Shown: positions 1 through 12,853 of the stretch, in pieces | Layout of the letters: each line of letters opens with the position of its first letter | How positions within the stretch are numbered: position 1 is the first letter of the stretch | Notes under the pieces: model-generated | What the model saw: the letters and a program-made list of their open reading frames with translations, nothing else | Told to the model about the DNA's origin: nothing | Database searches by the model: none | DNA from: Octopus sinensis | Taxonomy: Eukaryota | Length of the DNA stretch: 64,000 nt | Direction of reading: 5' to 3' | NCBI RefSeq assembly: GCF_006345805.1 | Contig: NC_043011.1 | Span: forward strand, 31,446,464 to 31,510,463 | Translations under genes and position numbers: made by a program

Positions 1-190
1 CAGGCATGGAGGCAAAAAACACATGAGAGCAGAGTGCCCTCTCTCTCGCTCTCTCGCTCTCTCTCGCTCTCTCTCTCTCGCTCTTGCAAGTTTCACTTGC
101 AAATTTAGTTTATGTATATACATCTATGCTTTTGTTCTTTTCCTATTTTTTTTATTGGTTTCAACCTTCCGATAGTGGTCATTGTATATA

Positions 191-241
<51 letters not shown>

Positions 242-260
242 GTGTGTGTGTGTGTGTGTA

Positions 261-1474
261 CAGATATGACTTAAGTAAACAGACACCCTTATAATCATTA
301 AAATTTATTTAAACCTGAAGTTATACATTCGAATTAGTTAATATTTAGTAGACAAGCCCTTTGCATTTATCAAGGCAAGGACCCTAATAGGCATGTTACT
401 AATTAGATGAATAATCTCTTGTGGAATTTCTTGCCAAGTTTCATGCAGTGATCTCGAAAGATCTGGCTTTGAAGATGCTTTCTTGTTCTTTTTATGAAGT
501 GTTGTTTTGTCCATTATGTCACAGAGGTATTCAATAGGGTTCGTATCTGGTGAATGGCTTGGCCATGAAAGCTTTTTAATGCTATTCTCATCCAACAAAT
601 CTTGGATCATTTTAGCCGTGAGACAAGGAGCCCCATCTTCCATAAATAGTCTTCTTTAGTCATTTTACCACTGGAGAAGATTGGAAGGAGTCCTTTCTGC
701 AATATGGACACATATTTATCTGAGTGTATGTTTCCATCACACTCCATTAGCTCTGATCAACCATTGCTCCAAATTTCTCCCCAGACCATCACAGAATAGT
801 TGCCGTGATACATTGTTGGCTGAAATCTTTTCACATCAAATTCTTGATCACAGAGTCTCCAGACTCACACTCGACTACCGTCAGGAAATATAGCAAATCT
901 GGACTCATCAGAGAATATGACAGTGTCCCAAAATGCTAGTGACCTCTCCACCATCTCACTGGCCCAATCTTTTCTCTGCTTGATGTTGGCTGAGTCGAAG
1001 AAGTGGCTTCCTTCTGGCTGCTCTGCCATAGTAACCAAGTTTGTGGAGATACCTGACAGCTATTCTGGGACTAACATCAACTTGTTCTGCTATGTCAGAG
1101 CACTTGTAACGAGGATTATCCTCCATACTTCTCTTAACAAAGAGAAGGGTCCTGTAAGAGGGCCCTGGTTGAACTGGGCGAGGTGATGTGGACTCCTCCT
1201 TCTGTCTGGTGAATTGCACAATCACTCTGTTAACTGTAGAAAGGGGAATCCCAAGGTTTTCTACGATTTTACGCTATGTTCACCTTCAGAATGATCCATA
1301 ATACGGTCTCTTTGATACAGTTCCAAGGCTTCTTTTGTATGTGGCGTGATTAAACAGCCACATATAGAACATAAAACATAAAAATGTCAATTAATAAAAG
1401 ATATAAACCATTACAAGTTAGAATAAACATAAAACGATGTTTTATAGGGTGTCTATTTACTTCTGTCCAGTCTG
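261..1474 (-). mobile_element. Tc1-family DNA transposon, decayed, with both TIRs
   Basis: TA then TIR CAGATATGACTTAAGTAAACAGACACCCT at 261; imperfect reverse complement at 1446-1474. Minus-strand transposase pieces: N-terminal HTH (about 1230-1345), [15 protein letters not shown] (956-1225), C-terminal WPSHSPDTNPIE...KGLSTKY (338-643). Frameshifted. Confidence 0.9.
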
Positions 1475-2930
1475 TGCAATGGGATCTTGTGACTCGGCTC
1501 AAATAGCGGATATCGTTGGAATCTACCTTCAATCCCAGGTCAAATCCGAATTCCCACTGATAAGGGGAGGTCTGTACAGAGACGATGCTCTTTTCGTATT
1601 GAAAAACTGTACAAAAATTGAGATAGAAAGATATAGAAAAGAACTCCATAAATTTTTTAGACGTTTCGGCCTTTCTATTACCATAGACTGTAATTACTGT
1701 AAGGTAAATTTTCTAGATGCGACTTTTAATTTGGAAAGCGACATGTATGAACCATACCACAAGACCATGAGTGCTTAAGATATATAAATGTCAATTCCAG
1801 CCATCCACCATCTATAACCAAGAGAATAATTAAGAACATAGCTACCAGAATATCAAGATTATTGGTCACAGAAGAAATATTCAACTAACATGCACCGTAC
1901 TATAATGAAGAGCTGGTTAGGATCGGATATAAAGGAAAAATCAAGTTTGAAAATAACGAAACTCCAAATAACAATTGGAATACAGACGTACATAATCACA
2001 ACAACTCGCAAAGTAAGATGAAGGAACCTAACAAAAGGTACAAAAATCCGGAGGTCCTATGGTATAATCCAATTTTTGGGCTCCAAATATCGCCCAAGAT
2101 AGGTAAGCAATTCATTGCAGCATTAAATAGATGCTTTCCTAAAACACATAAATACTACCGTTTATTTAACAAGCACACAGAAAATACCGTACGCAACATC
2201 TTACAACATGGAGTACTACATACATAAATACAACAACAGGAAATTAAACATACAAACAACGTCTGCTGGCAGAGGGTAAACAAATCAAAACATCACAGGA
2301 TTTAAGGCCAAGAACAAAAATAAACAACTGCAAAAATTCAGATCACGTAATTCAGATAGACGGTGGCAATAAAATTGAGATGAATCATCAAAAAAGATCC
2401 AAGAAAAAAGATTACCGATTCCACAATGCTTCAGACACTAACAGCCAAACGGAACATCAGGAAAACAGAATCAAAAGGCCACCAGATAAACATAAAATAA
2501 TAATAGTACAAATAACTGCACATGCCGTAGAAAATTCGCTTGTCCGCTCATGAACCAATGTATCCAAAAAGAAAACATAGTATAGAAATGCAAAATCTCC
2601 ATCCCAACATAAATACGTGTACATAGGTAACACGGAAAACCAATTCAAAGTCTGTTATCGCTATCATATCTCGTCATTCCGGAAAATAAATAGACGACAC
2701 GCAGCTTCACTGGCAGACCTTATATAGGGACTGAAAGAATAAAAAAATTAAATATGAAGTAAAATGGTCAATAATAAAAAATGCACACCCATGTAATTCG
2801 GAAAATATGACCTTTGCCTTGAGGAAACATTGAGTATACTGCTGAGTGATGAGAACTTAGTGAATAAGCATGATGAGAAAATTCCAAGGTGTAGCCATCG
2901 CGCCAAATATGCATTTTCAAGACGGAATCG
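1475..2930 (+). mobile_element. Penelope-like retroelement relic (RT + GIY-YIG), probably Naiad-type, 5'-truncated
   Basis: MGSCDSAQIADIVG, GLYRDDAL, VNFLDATFNL, HPPSI, WYNPIF, then CTCRRKFACPLMNQC, YIGNTENQFK and LCLEE...CSH, with stops and frameshifts. Clade assignment rests on recalled motifs (YRDD, CxCxxxxxCP). Confidence 0.88.
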
Positions 2931-3144
2931 TATATAAAAATAATAATTTTTATTCTGTTTCACCACACCCATCCTTCTCGTCTGTATATGTGTGTGTGTG
3001 TGTGTGTGTATACGATGGAGTGCCCAAGGATATGCCTATGTGCATGAATATGGGCAGATAAATGTATGTGCGTGTATGTATGGGTGTGAATGTGATTGTT
3101 GATCGGGTCGTGTGTATATATGTTTGTGCGTGCGTATGTGTGTG

Positions 3145-3362
3145 TATGTTTGTGTGTCTGTGTTTGTCCCCCCAACATCGCTTGACAACCGATGCTGGTG
3201 TGTTTACGTCCCCGTCACTTAGCGGTTCGGCAAGAGAGACCGATAGTATAAGTACTAGGCTTACAAAGAATAAGCCCTGGGGTCGATTTGCTCGACTAAA
3301 GGCGGTGCTCCAGCATGGCCACAGTCAAATGACTAAAACAAATAAAGGAAAAGAAAAGAAAG
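3145..3362 (+). mobile_element. SINE family A, 3' half
   Basis: Matches the 3' half of full copies (cttgacaaccgatgctgg...atgactaaaac). Confidence 0.85.
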
Positions 3363-3614
3363 AATTTAAATATAAATACGTGTATGTAGGTATGAAACTA
3401 TATGCATGAGAATACATACGTAAAACAAAACACTGACTCCAATTACTCCGCATATACATACGTACACACATGCAAAAATATCCTGTTGATGTTGTTGAAA
3501 TTCCAATGAAGGATCCTTAGACCTGGGTTAGAAACCGGCTCTTTCTCTCTTGGCAAGAAACCTTGAATTAAAACTGAATAATAACATCATACGTTCATAC
3601 ATATATACTCAACA

Positions 3615-3937
3615 GTGAAGGCGCGTGGCTTAGTGGTTAGGGCATTCGACTGACGATTGTAAGGTCGTGAGTTCGATTCCCGGCGATGCGTTGTGTCCTT
3701 GAGCAAGACACTTTATTTCACGTTGCTCCAGTCCACTCAGCTGGCAAAAATGAGTTGTACCTGTATTTCAAAGGGCCGGCCTTGTCACACTCTGTGTCAC
3801 GCTGAATCTCCCTGGGAACTACGTTAGGGGGTACTCGTGTCTGTGGATTGCTCAGTCACTTGCACATTAATTTCACGAGCAAGCTGTTCCGTTGATCGTA
3901 TCAGCTGGGACCCTCGTCGTCGTAACCGACGGAGTGC
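3615..3937 (+). mobile_element. tRNA-derived SINE family C
   Basis: A box TGGCTTAGTGG, B box GTTCGATTC, then gtgtccttgagcaagacac body; homologous inverted copy at 10604-10926. Confidence 0.85.
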
Positions 3938-4015
3938 TCCTACTACATATATACTCAGATATACATGCGCGAACATGCAATTCCAAAAATGGTAGACAAA
4001 ACAATATTTACTCAC

Positions 4016-4036
4016 CAGTGACATTTTCAGTTTCAT
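4016..4036 (-). CDS. possible short first coding exon (MKLKMSL) of a minus-strand host gene
   Basis: aaaATG context and a consensus donor CTG|GTGAGT in non-repetitive DNA; no downstream exon found. Confidence 0.2.
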
Positions 4037-4404
4037 TTTTCTCTTTGATGAATGTCTGAAGTTATCTCCCAGATCAGCGGTTCCAAAACTTATTTTGTCG
4101 TAAGAATCAGTATACGATATGCAAAGAAAAGGTACGTGACGCACCTGTACCTGTGTTTTACACTCAAACCACATTAACCAAATTTTAATAATTCATTAAA
4201 TAAAACAAATATTATCTTAGCGAGAGAATTTACTTACTTACACACACACACACGCATATGTACACACACACGCATATGTACACACAAACGCATATGTACA
4301 CACACACACGCATATGTACACGTACACACACACATATGTACACACACACATGTACACACACACACACACACACACACATACACACACACACACACACACA
4401 CATA

Positions 4405-4500
4405 CAGGGTGTCCCGAAATTAAGGCAACCGAAGTTCCGGGCTTTAATAACTATCAATAGATGTGATAAAATATGGAAATTATACATCATTGTAAAAGCT
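4405..4500. mobile_element. Tc1/mariner-type terminal fragment
   Basis: TA+CAGGGTGTCCC start, similar to the TIR of the 55269-55803 element; no partner end found. Confidence 0.45.
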
Positions 4501-4550
4501 TAGTGTGTCTTCTTGTTTCAGACTAAATAAATTCAGATTTATAAATTAGC

Positions 4551-4632
4551 GACTTGCCTGTTAATTTCACGAGCAGGCTGTTCCGTTGATCAGATCAACT
4601 GGAACCCTCGTCGTCGTAACCGACGGAGTGCC
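4551..4632 (+). mobile_element. SINE family C 3' fragment
   Basis: ttaatttcacgagcaggctgttccgttgatc...gtaaccgacggagtgc matches 3865-3937. Confidence 0.8.
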
Positions 4633-5014
4633 ACGTTATAGAAATATATATATATATACACACACACATACATACTGTTGGAAACCAGCCCCATCCTCAG
4701 AGGAAGATTTATAATAATTGAAAAATTGAATATATATATATATATATAAAGTGTGTATTCATTTTTATGTGTAACTCAAGTTTCTTTTTCTTTTTTTTTT
4801 TTTTTAGATTTAACTCAGTTGAAATGATTTCTTTCAAATCTTGACGAGAGGCCAGCAATTTTAAGGAAGGGAGTAAGTCGATTATATAGATTCCGGTGTT
4901 CATCTGGTACTTTATTTTAACAACCTCGAATGGATAAAAGATAAAGCGGAGTTCAATGGAATTTGAACCCAAAACGCCAAGACCCGGAAAATATACACTG
5001 CTAAACCCTTTAGA

Positions 5015-5535
5015 AATAGCAAAGGGAGCCAGACTAAGCTTCGAAAAAAGGAAATTTGTTCTGAAGTGTTACTGAAAGTTTGAAAACGCAATCGAAATGC
5101 AAACAGTTTAGGAGGGAGTTTCAACTAGATCCACCTATGCCACTTGCCATCACTTGAATTACAGAGAAGTTTGGAGCAGATGGAATTGTTCAGAATGCCC
5201 TCAATAAACGTTTTGAGAGTCCTCGAACATCGGCAGACTCACAAAGTAAGAAAGGGTATCTAGAAACGTATTGCCAGAATTCAAGCAAATTCCTGATAGG
5301 AATTTCAAAATTAAACGTCCATCGCATTTTAAACTATTGTAACTGGAAAAGTTACACTTCCAAGAGTAGTATATCTTCTAAATGATTCGGATCAAAAAGT
5401 GACGCTTTGCAAGTGGTTCTTGGAAAAATGCGTAGAAGACGCATAATTTCCAACAAGGGTTATCTGGAGCCACGAGACTACATTTGAATTAAATAGCTCC
5501 TACTGGGGACATGAAAATCCGTATATTACAGAGGA
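5015..5535 (+). pseudogene. Tc1/mariner (maT/DD37D-like) transposase relic, N-terminal half
   Basis: Manual translation: [65 protein letters not shown]. Confidence 0.75.
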
Positions 5536-5539
5536 ACAT

Positions 5540-5790
5540 CATGTTGGCATTTAAACGGCCGTATCAAAACGCATTTAATACAGCCATGTCCAGCCCAAAT
5601 ATTCTACCTGTTTTGTGTCCAAATCTGCCAAATACAATCTCTCACACCTACTCTACAGTGTCATGCTAAAAATTAACAATCACATCATTGAAATCTTGAA
5701 GCTTCGAAATAATGTATAATTAATTCAAAACAATGTAAGCAAATAAGTATTACTTGTGACAGGATAATCTGAATGTTAAAGAGTTAATTT
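5540..5790. mobile_element. TTAA-type (piggyBac-like) MITE, decayed
   Basis: Right end ctgaatgttaaagag+TTAA; left end degenerate. Confidence 0.4.
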
Positions 5791-5875
5791 ACCAGGAATT
5801 AGAATATGCGACGGCATATCATTAAAAGGATTAATTAGACCATTTTTTTTACGGTACTGAGACCGGTCCCATTTA

Positions 5876-7168
5876 TTGGGTCATCCCATAAATAGTGCGG
5901 ATTTTTCACCTGCGTGAACTAAAAGTCGGAGCGGGGATGGGATAAGCTACCTACATCTAAAGCAGGTAGGAATTTTACAATGTACTTATTCTTATTTCTT
6001 TACTGCCCACAAGGGGCTACACACAGAGAGGACAAACAAGGACAGACAAACGGATTAAGTTGATTATATCGACCCCAGTGCGTAACTGGTACTTATTTAA
6101 TCGACCAAGAAAGGATGAATGGCAAAGTCGACCTCGGCGGAATTTGAACCCAGAACGTACCGGCAGACAAAATGCCTATTTCTTTACTACCCACAAGGGA
6201 CAAACAAGGACAGACAAACGGATTAAGTAGATTATATCGACCCCAGTGCGTAACTGGTACTTATTTAATCGATTCCGAAAGGATGAAAGGCAAAGTCAAC
6301 CTCGACGAAATTTGAACTCAGAACATAACGGCAGATGAAATACGGCTACGCATTTCGCCCGGCGTGCTAACGTTTCTGCCAGCTCACCGCCTTACCATGT
6401 ACCAAGTACCATGTGCTTATTCTTAGTGCAAGTTTTGAAGAGTGCAGTTCGATTTTAACAGTTATTTTTTCAAAGCTATAATGGAAGTGATAAAGGAACA
6501 TATTCGGCATATTTTGCTTTATGATTTCAATAAAGAAAACAACGCAACGGAAAATGCGAGGAATATTAATGCAGTATATGGGGATCAGACAATAAGTGTA
6601 AGCCAGTGTCAACGGTTGTTCCAGAAATTCCGTGCCGGTAGCTGTAGCCTAGAAGACAAGCCTCGTCTTGGAAGATTTGTAAGCCTCGTTGAACGAAATC
6701 CCATCGTAACTATTGAGGAACTAGCAGAGAAGCTTGGATTTGGTCATTCAACCAGTCATTCAAATCAGCGTTAGAAGAAAAACGACCATCTTTGGTTTCA
6801 AGATGAAAGGTGTTCCATCAGGATATTGCTCGGCCACATACATACCAAAGGCTGAAGAAGTTTGAATGGGAAACGATGCCCCACCCACCATATTCGCTGG
6901 ACATTGCTAAATCTGATTATCATTTATTCCGCAGTCATTAAAATCATTTGGACGAAAAAAATATGAATTCCGTAGACGAACTCAGAACAGTACTAGAAGA
7001 GAATTTTTCGTCGCGGACTAGTGAATTTTGGAAGAGTGATCTACAGATAGATGGAAGAGCATTGTAGAAAATGAAGAATATATTTTAGATTAAAAAAAGA
7101 ATTTTATCTTAATTTTGAAAAATATAAAATGTATAAAAAAAACCCGCATTATTTATGGGACGACCTAA
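5876..7168 (+). mobile_element. mariner, internally deleted, interrupted by a SINE-B dimer
   Basis: TA-flanked TIRs ttgggtcatcccataaatagtgcgg / ccgcattatttatgggacgacctaa; MEVIKEHIRHILLYDF HTH region from 6481; PHPPYSLDIAKSDYHLFRS relic near 6870-6940. Confidence 0.9.
5995..6393 (-). mobile_element. SINE family B head-to-tail dimer
   Basis: Two monomers; approximate TSD atgt(a/g)cttattctta at 5980-5994 and 6411-6425. Confidence 0.85.
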
Positions 7169-8424
7169 TATTTGAACTTGCCGGGAGTATCTGTTATGCC
7201 AAGCATTCGAGAGGGATCAAAGGCGAAAGACGTAAAGAACTGGGGAAAATAAAACAACCCGCAAAGTATTTCTTTGGCTACTCTAACGATTCCGTCGGTT
7301 CCTCTTATGTGCCAGCATTTGTGTGTGTGTGTGTATGTGTGTGTGTGTGTGGGGGGTCATGCCTACGTGCGTGCGTGTGTGTGTGTGTGTGTGTGTGTGC
7401 GTGCGCGAGTGTGCGTATGTGTGTGCACGTGCGTGTGCGCGCGCTAGCGTGTATGAATGCGTGTACGTATGCGCGTATGTTTTATATCTTTCAGTCATTG
7501 GATTGCGGCTATGCTGGGGCACCACCGAGAAGAGTTTAATAGAATATTTTATGAGTAGCATTTTTTTTTCTATAAAATTTATTTCTATTAAATTTTATTA
7601 TAAGACGCCTTAAGTTACGGAATACCAGAATTTTCCACATTTTCGCGGTACCCCAGGGCTCCTAGCCAGAGTCTCCGAAAGAAAATTTTGCTAATTGGAA
7701 CAAGACTGCATTCGGAGCCCCAGGTGATTTCCTCTCAAAATTCAAGACACTGTTTTATTATTATTTTTTGTTTTTACTTTATTTTCTCGCCGAAGAGCCT
7801 ATCAGATATTCACGGGCCCCTTCTTGGCTGTACAGACCCTGGGCTTATGTACCAGCTGAACTCTCAACCTTTTGTCGCTCCCATTTCTCAGCCCTCGCTT
7901 TCAGAAACACTGTACTAGGGATTACAGTTGAATCCAAGAGAACTAGTCTGTGCTTTTAAATATGTTTTCTTGAGACCAAGGATTAAAAGGGCCGTTTTTC
8001 CGGTTTCCGTGGAGAATAAGTGACCGAGATGACAGCACTCCCCTGAATGGGACTTCGATCCGTCGCAGTGTTCAGGGCCAGCTATTTTGAAGGGAATGGA
8101 CAAGCCGATTACATCGATCTCAGTTCTTGACTTAGTACTTTATTTCATTGACTCCGAATGGATGAAAGGCAAAAATTGACCTTGACCTCGGCAGAATTTG
8201 AACTCGAAAAATGAAGAGCTGGAAGAAGTACCGCTAAGCATTTTAGAATTTTGACCGACGTTTTTAACGATTCTTCCAGCCCGCTGCTTTGATGTTTTAC
8301 ATTGCAAATAGCAAATTACAAAACCTATCTGTAGTAATAGCATACCTACACAAGGGTGCCTCATCTCGCCGACTTTGTTTCCTCATAACTTTCAGAAAAA
8401 TGGGTAATTTTTTTCATGGAATTT

Positions 8425-8786
8425 TCGGTACTAGGACAAAATTCCACCGAGGGAAAAATACCACCCCACCCCCACCAGACAAAATCCCCTCGTACAAAAC
8501 CCCCCAGTAATTAATATCCTCTATAATATTGTTCTTTCTATACAATAAAAAATATTTAAGGAAAATGAAATTTTATAAAGAAAATTAAAAGTATTTAATT
8601 ACTCTTTTACTTGTTTCAGTTATTTTGACTGCGGCCATGCTGGAGCACCGCCTTTTAGTCGAGCAAATTCTTTGTAAGCCTAGTACATATTCTATCGGTC
8701 TCTCTTGCCGAACCGCTAAGTTACGGGGACGTAAACGCACAAGCATCGGTTGTCAAGCGATGTTGGGGGGACAAACACAGACACAC

Positions 8787-8837
<51 letters not shown>

Positions 8838-9095
8838 CATACATATGACGGGCTTCTTTCAGTTTCCGTCTACCAAATCCACTAACAAGGCTTTGGTCGA
8901 CCCGAGGCTATAGTAGAAAACACTTGCCCAAGGTGCCACGCAGTGGGACTGAACTCGGAACCATGTGGTTGGTAAGCAAGCTACTTATCACACAGGCACT
9001 CCTACGCCTATTTGTTGATATTTTTGTATAAAATCTGTCCGGAGTGATTTTGTCTTCGGCGGGGGAGGGGGGCATTTTGTCCTGATAGCCGAATT
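8425..9095. mobile_element. putative fold-back/MULE-like MITE with nested SINE-A
   Basis: Left cggtactaggacaaaattcc...gacaaaatcccc; right reverse complement cggctatcaggacaaaatgcc...gacaaaatcac. Confidence 0.4.
8602..9009 (-). mobile_element. SINE family A, full length, with internal (CA)/(TA) microsatellite
   Basis: tRNA-like head ggcgcaggagtggctgtgtgg..gggttcagtccc, CORE-like accttgggcaagt, internal microsatellite, (gagtaaaa)n tail. Confidence 0.9.
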
Positions 9096-9118
9096 TTGCC
9101 CTAAATACATCAAACACG

Positions 9119-9193
<75 letters not shown>

Positions 9194-9196
<3 letters not shown>

Positions 9197-9470
9197 GGTT
9201 AGGTGTGTTGCTCTCATGATCGGGATTTTGATTCCTGGACCGGCCTGCGTGCTGTGTTCTTGAGCAAAACACTCAATTTCACGATGTTCTCGTCCGCTCA
9301 GCAGTAAATGGGTAACCGCTGCGAGGAACAAGCCTTCTGATCGGGAGTTGAGAGGGGGAGAGATGTTGACGAGCGAGGTGGCATCATTCAAATGTTAAAA
9401 CGATACAAAGTACATTGTGACCAGCGATGTATAACAGCATCCAACAGTTTGGTCGATCATGTGATCATAC
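9194..9470 (+). mobile_element. tRNA-derived SINE with C-like head and the tail shared with the 20040-20350 SINE
   Basis: gtggttagg...gtgttcttgagcaaaacac head; tail cattgtgaccagcgatgt...gatcatgtgatc. Confidence 0.7.
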
Positions 9471-9660
9471 ACACACACACTCACACACGCAAACAAGTAA
9501 ACACACACACACACACACACACACAATGAACCTCAAAGTTTAGAAAATAAATTATGTGATGTGTATTTGCATTTGTATGCATATGTGCGCCTTCAATTTT
9601 TTTCACATTAAATTCTGAAATACTTGTAATCTACACCATTTTAAAGGCATTTTTACCCCT

Positions 9661-10037
9661 TTTTACTTGTTTCAGTTCTAAACTGTGACCATGCTGGGGC
9701 ACCAGCTTAAAGTGTTTTAGTCAAACAAGCCGACCCCAGCACTTATTCTTTGTAAGCCTAGTACTTATTCTATAGGTCACTTTTGCCGAACCGCTAAGTT
9801 ACAGGGACATAGACACGCCAGCATCGGTTTTCAAGCGATAGTGAGGGGAAAACACAGACACACACACACACACACACACACACAAGAAGGGCTTCTTTCA
9901 GTTTCCGTCCACCAAATCCACTCACAAAGCTTTGGTCGGCCCGCGGTTATAGTAGAAGACACTTGCCCAAGGTGCCACGCAGTGGGACTGAACCCGGAAC
10001 AATGTGGTTGGTAAGCAATCTACTTACCACACAGTCA
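9661..10037 (-). mobile_element. SINE family A
   Basis: Collinear match to other family A copies. Confidence 0.88.
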
Positions 10038-10142
10038 TTTTTGAAAAATTTTCCCAATTTAATAATGAGATGTTTATAAATAATTTAAAGTGGCAAAATC
10101 ATCGGAAACACAATTTCTATTCATTATTTTTTTACGAATATA

Positions 10143-10597
10143 TTAGGTTGTCGGGAAAGTTCGTGTCGATTTATAGTAGGTTACCTTTGGACTTATTTTA
10201 GAACATGGTTGGATCCATAAAATAGGAGTTCATTTTTGGCACTTGATGCTTTGGGAACCAGACAAAAATTGCTGCAGCTCGTCTGGGATGTGTTACCCCA
10301 CCCCTCCATATTCACTAGATATTGCTCCTTCGGGTTTCCACTTATTCAGGTCTCTGCAGAATAGTCTTAATGGTAAAAATTTCAATTCCTTGGATGATGT
10401 AAAAAGATACCTTGATGAATTCTTTGCCATGAAACCACCTCAGTTCTGGGAAGAGGGTATTTTCAAGTTAAAGGAAAGATGGAGATGTATTGTGTAACAA
10501 AATGGTTCATATTTGGTTGATTAAAAATGTAATGGCAAGTATTTATTGGCCTTTTTCTTTCCTTTAAAAATCAGCACGAACTTTCTGGACAACCAAA
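10143..10597 (+). mobile_element. mariner internal-deletion derivative (455 bp)
   Basis: TA-flanked TIRs ttaggttgtcgggaaagttcgtg / cacgaactttctggacaaccaaa; C-terminus PPYSLDIAPSGFHLFRSLQNSL; same family as 30040-30324. Confidence 0.9.
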
Positions 10598-10603
10598 TAT
10601 AAA

Positions 10604-10926
10604 CGGCACTCTGTCGTTTACAACGACGAAGGTTCCAGTTGATCCGACCAACGGAACAGCCTGCTCGTGAAATTAACGTGCACATGGTTGAGCACTCCAG
10701 AGGCCTGTGTGCCCTTAACATAGTTCTCAAGGAGAATCAGCGTGACACCGTGTGGCAAGGCCGGCCCTTTTGAATTACAGGTGCAGATAATTTTTTCCTC
10801 TTGAATGAACTAGAGCAACGTGAAAGAAAGTGGCTTGCTCAAAGACACAACGTGTCACCAGGATTTGAACTCGGGACTTTGCGATCGTGAGCCGAATGCC
10901 CAAATTACTAAGCCACGAGCCTTCAC
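10604..10926 (-). mobile_element. tRNA-derived SINE family C
   Basis: Reverse-complement homolog of 3615-3937. Confidence 0.82.
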
Positions 10927-11049
10927 TACAAATACATACTCACAAGGATTTTGTTGGCTCGGGACTATTGTAGAAGACAGTTGCCCCAGAGCGCCACGCA
11001 ATGTAACTGAACCAAGTGGTTGAGAAGCAAACTTCTTACCACACAGCTA

Positions 11050-11728
11050 CGCCCGAGAGAAAAATTTTATAAAAATACCTGGTTTTTGGAAAGACTTCCG
11101 CCCGTCCCCCTCCAGTTTCTCGCAAATTTGTTTATTTAAAAATTTTTTGTTGCCAAAAATCTCCGTTTTCGGATACGGAGGTTCCGGAAAATTGCCAAAA
11201 ATCGACATTGTGAAAATTCCTCCCTTCCCCCTCAACTTCTTCAATTTTGACTTTTTTCCGCAACACTAACCCTAAAACCCTAAAACCCTAAAACTCTAAC
11301 CCTAACCCTAACCCTAAAACCCTAACCCTAATTCTAAAACCATAACCGTAAGTACAGAAATGTTTTGAAATTTTTGTCCCAATCGTGATGTTCGGATTTT
11401 TCTGCATATTTAGAAAAGAAAAAATTCTTTAAAAAAAAATTTTACAAAGATTTTTGGAATTTATTTTCTGCGTATTTTGACAAAAAAAAAAAAGATTCTG
11501 AAAAAGGTTTAAAATGAAGGAAATAAGGGTGGTGGGTGCTAATTTAGAAATGACGATTTTTGCCAATTTTTTTTACAGATTCGTATTCCCCGTAGCCGAA
11601 AAGGAGTGGGGGTTGTATCGAAAAAAAAGTTTTAAAAAAGCGGCGGAAGTCTTGCTCTGCTTTTTTTCTAAAAGATATGAGGAAACAAACACGACGATTG
11701 CGGCACACTTGAAGAGGTACGCCGCTAG
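11050..11728 (+). mobile_element. non-autonomous Helitron-like element with internal CCCTAA repeats
   Basis: 3' hairpin gcggcac...gtacgccgc ending in CTAG (11725-11728) then T; telomere-like repeats 11265-11350; 5' end not defined. Confidence 0.45.
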
Positions 11729-12079
11729 TAATTTCATACTCCTCGCTTGAATGACCCTCGCTGAAACATAAAATTCCCCCAACACAGAACCCCCCCCCCC
11801 AACTAATTCCACTTAGTGAACCGTTTGTGGCTACATATTAACCAAGACTGTGTATTTCGTTTCGTTCCGGTCACAAACACCATTAGAGCTAACGATATAC
11901 TTTCAATTTATTAGGATAAGTTTTTATTCGCCTAATTATTTTTTCTAATTATATCGTGTTTATAGGAGTATTAAAATAATGACATGGGAAGTTTGTTTGT
12001 TAGCTTTACCTTCGTAAATGTATATACATATAATATTTACATAAGAAATATAAGAGAAGATAGCCAAAAAGAATAACAA

Positions 12080-12256
12080 TATATATATATATATATACAC
12101 AAACAGAGACATATAAATGCACACAGAGGTGTGTGTGTATATACACACTATGCACACACACACACACGTGTATATATTTAAACATAAATGTCTATATAAA
12201 TACATATGTATGTGTATGTGTAGATATATATACATATATATATACACTCGTGTATA

Positions 12257-12340
<84 letters not shown>

Positions 12341-12472
12341 GTATGTATGTATATATATATTTATATATATATATATTTATATATATATATATATATATAC
12401 AAACATATATATCTATATAAATACATATATATATATATATTATATATATATATATGTGTGTGTGTGTGTTTG

Positions 12473-12529
<57 letters not shown>

Positions 12530-12581
12530 TACATACATACACATACATACATACATACATACATACATACATAATACATAC

Positions 12582-12641
<60 letters not shown>

Positions 12642-12780
12642 TATACATATGTATGTATGTATATATATATTTATATATATATATATTTATATATATGTAT
12701 ATATATATATACAAACATATATATCTATATAAATACATATATATATATATAATATATATATATATGTGTGTGTGTGTGTT

Positions 12781-12853
<73 letters not shown>

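Noticed and set aside
3615-3690. tRNA-like A/B-box sequences here and at the other SINE heads
   Set aside because: They continue directly into SINE bodies and lack a complete cloverleaf; not tRNA genes.
11265-11350. True telomere or chromosome-fusion site
   Set aside because: Array under 100 bp, single orientation, embedded in a TE-like segment.
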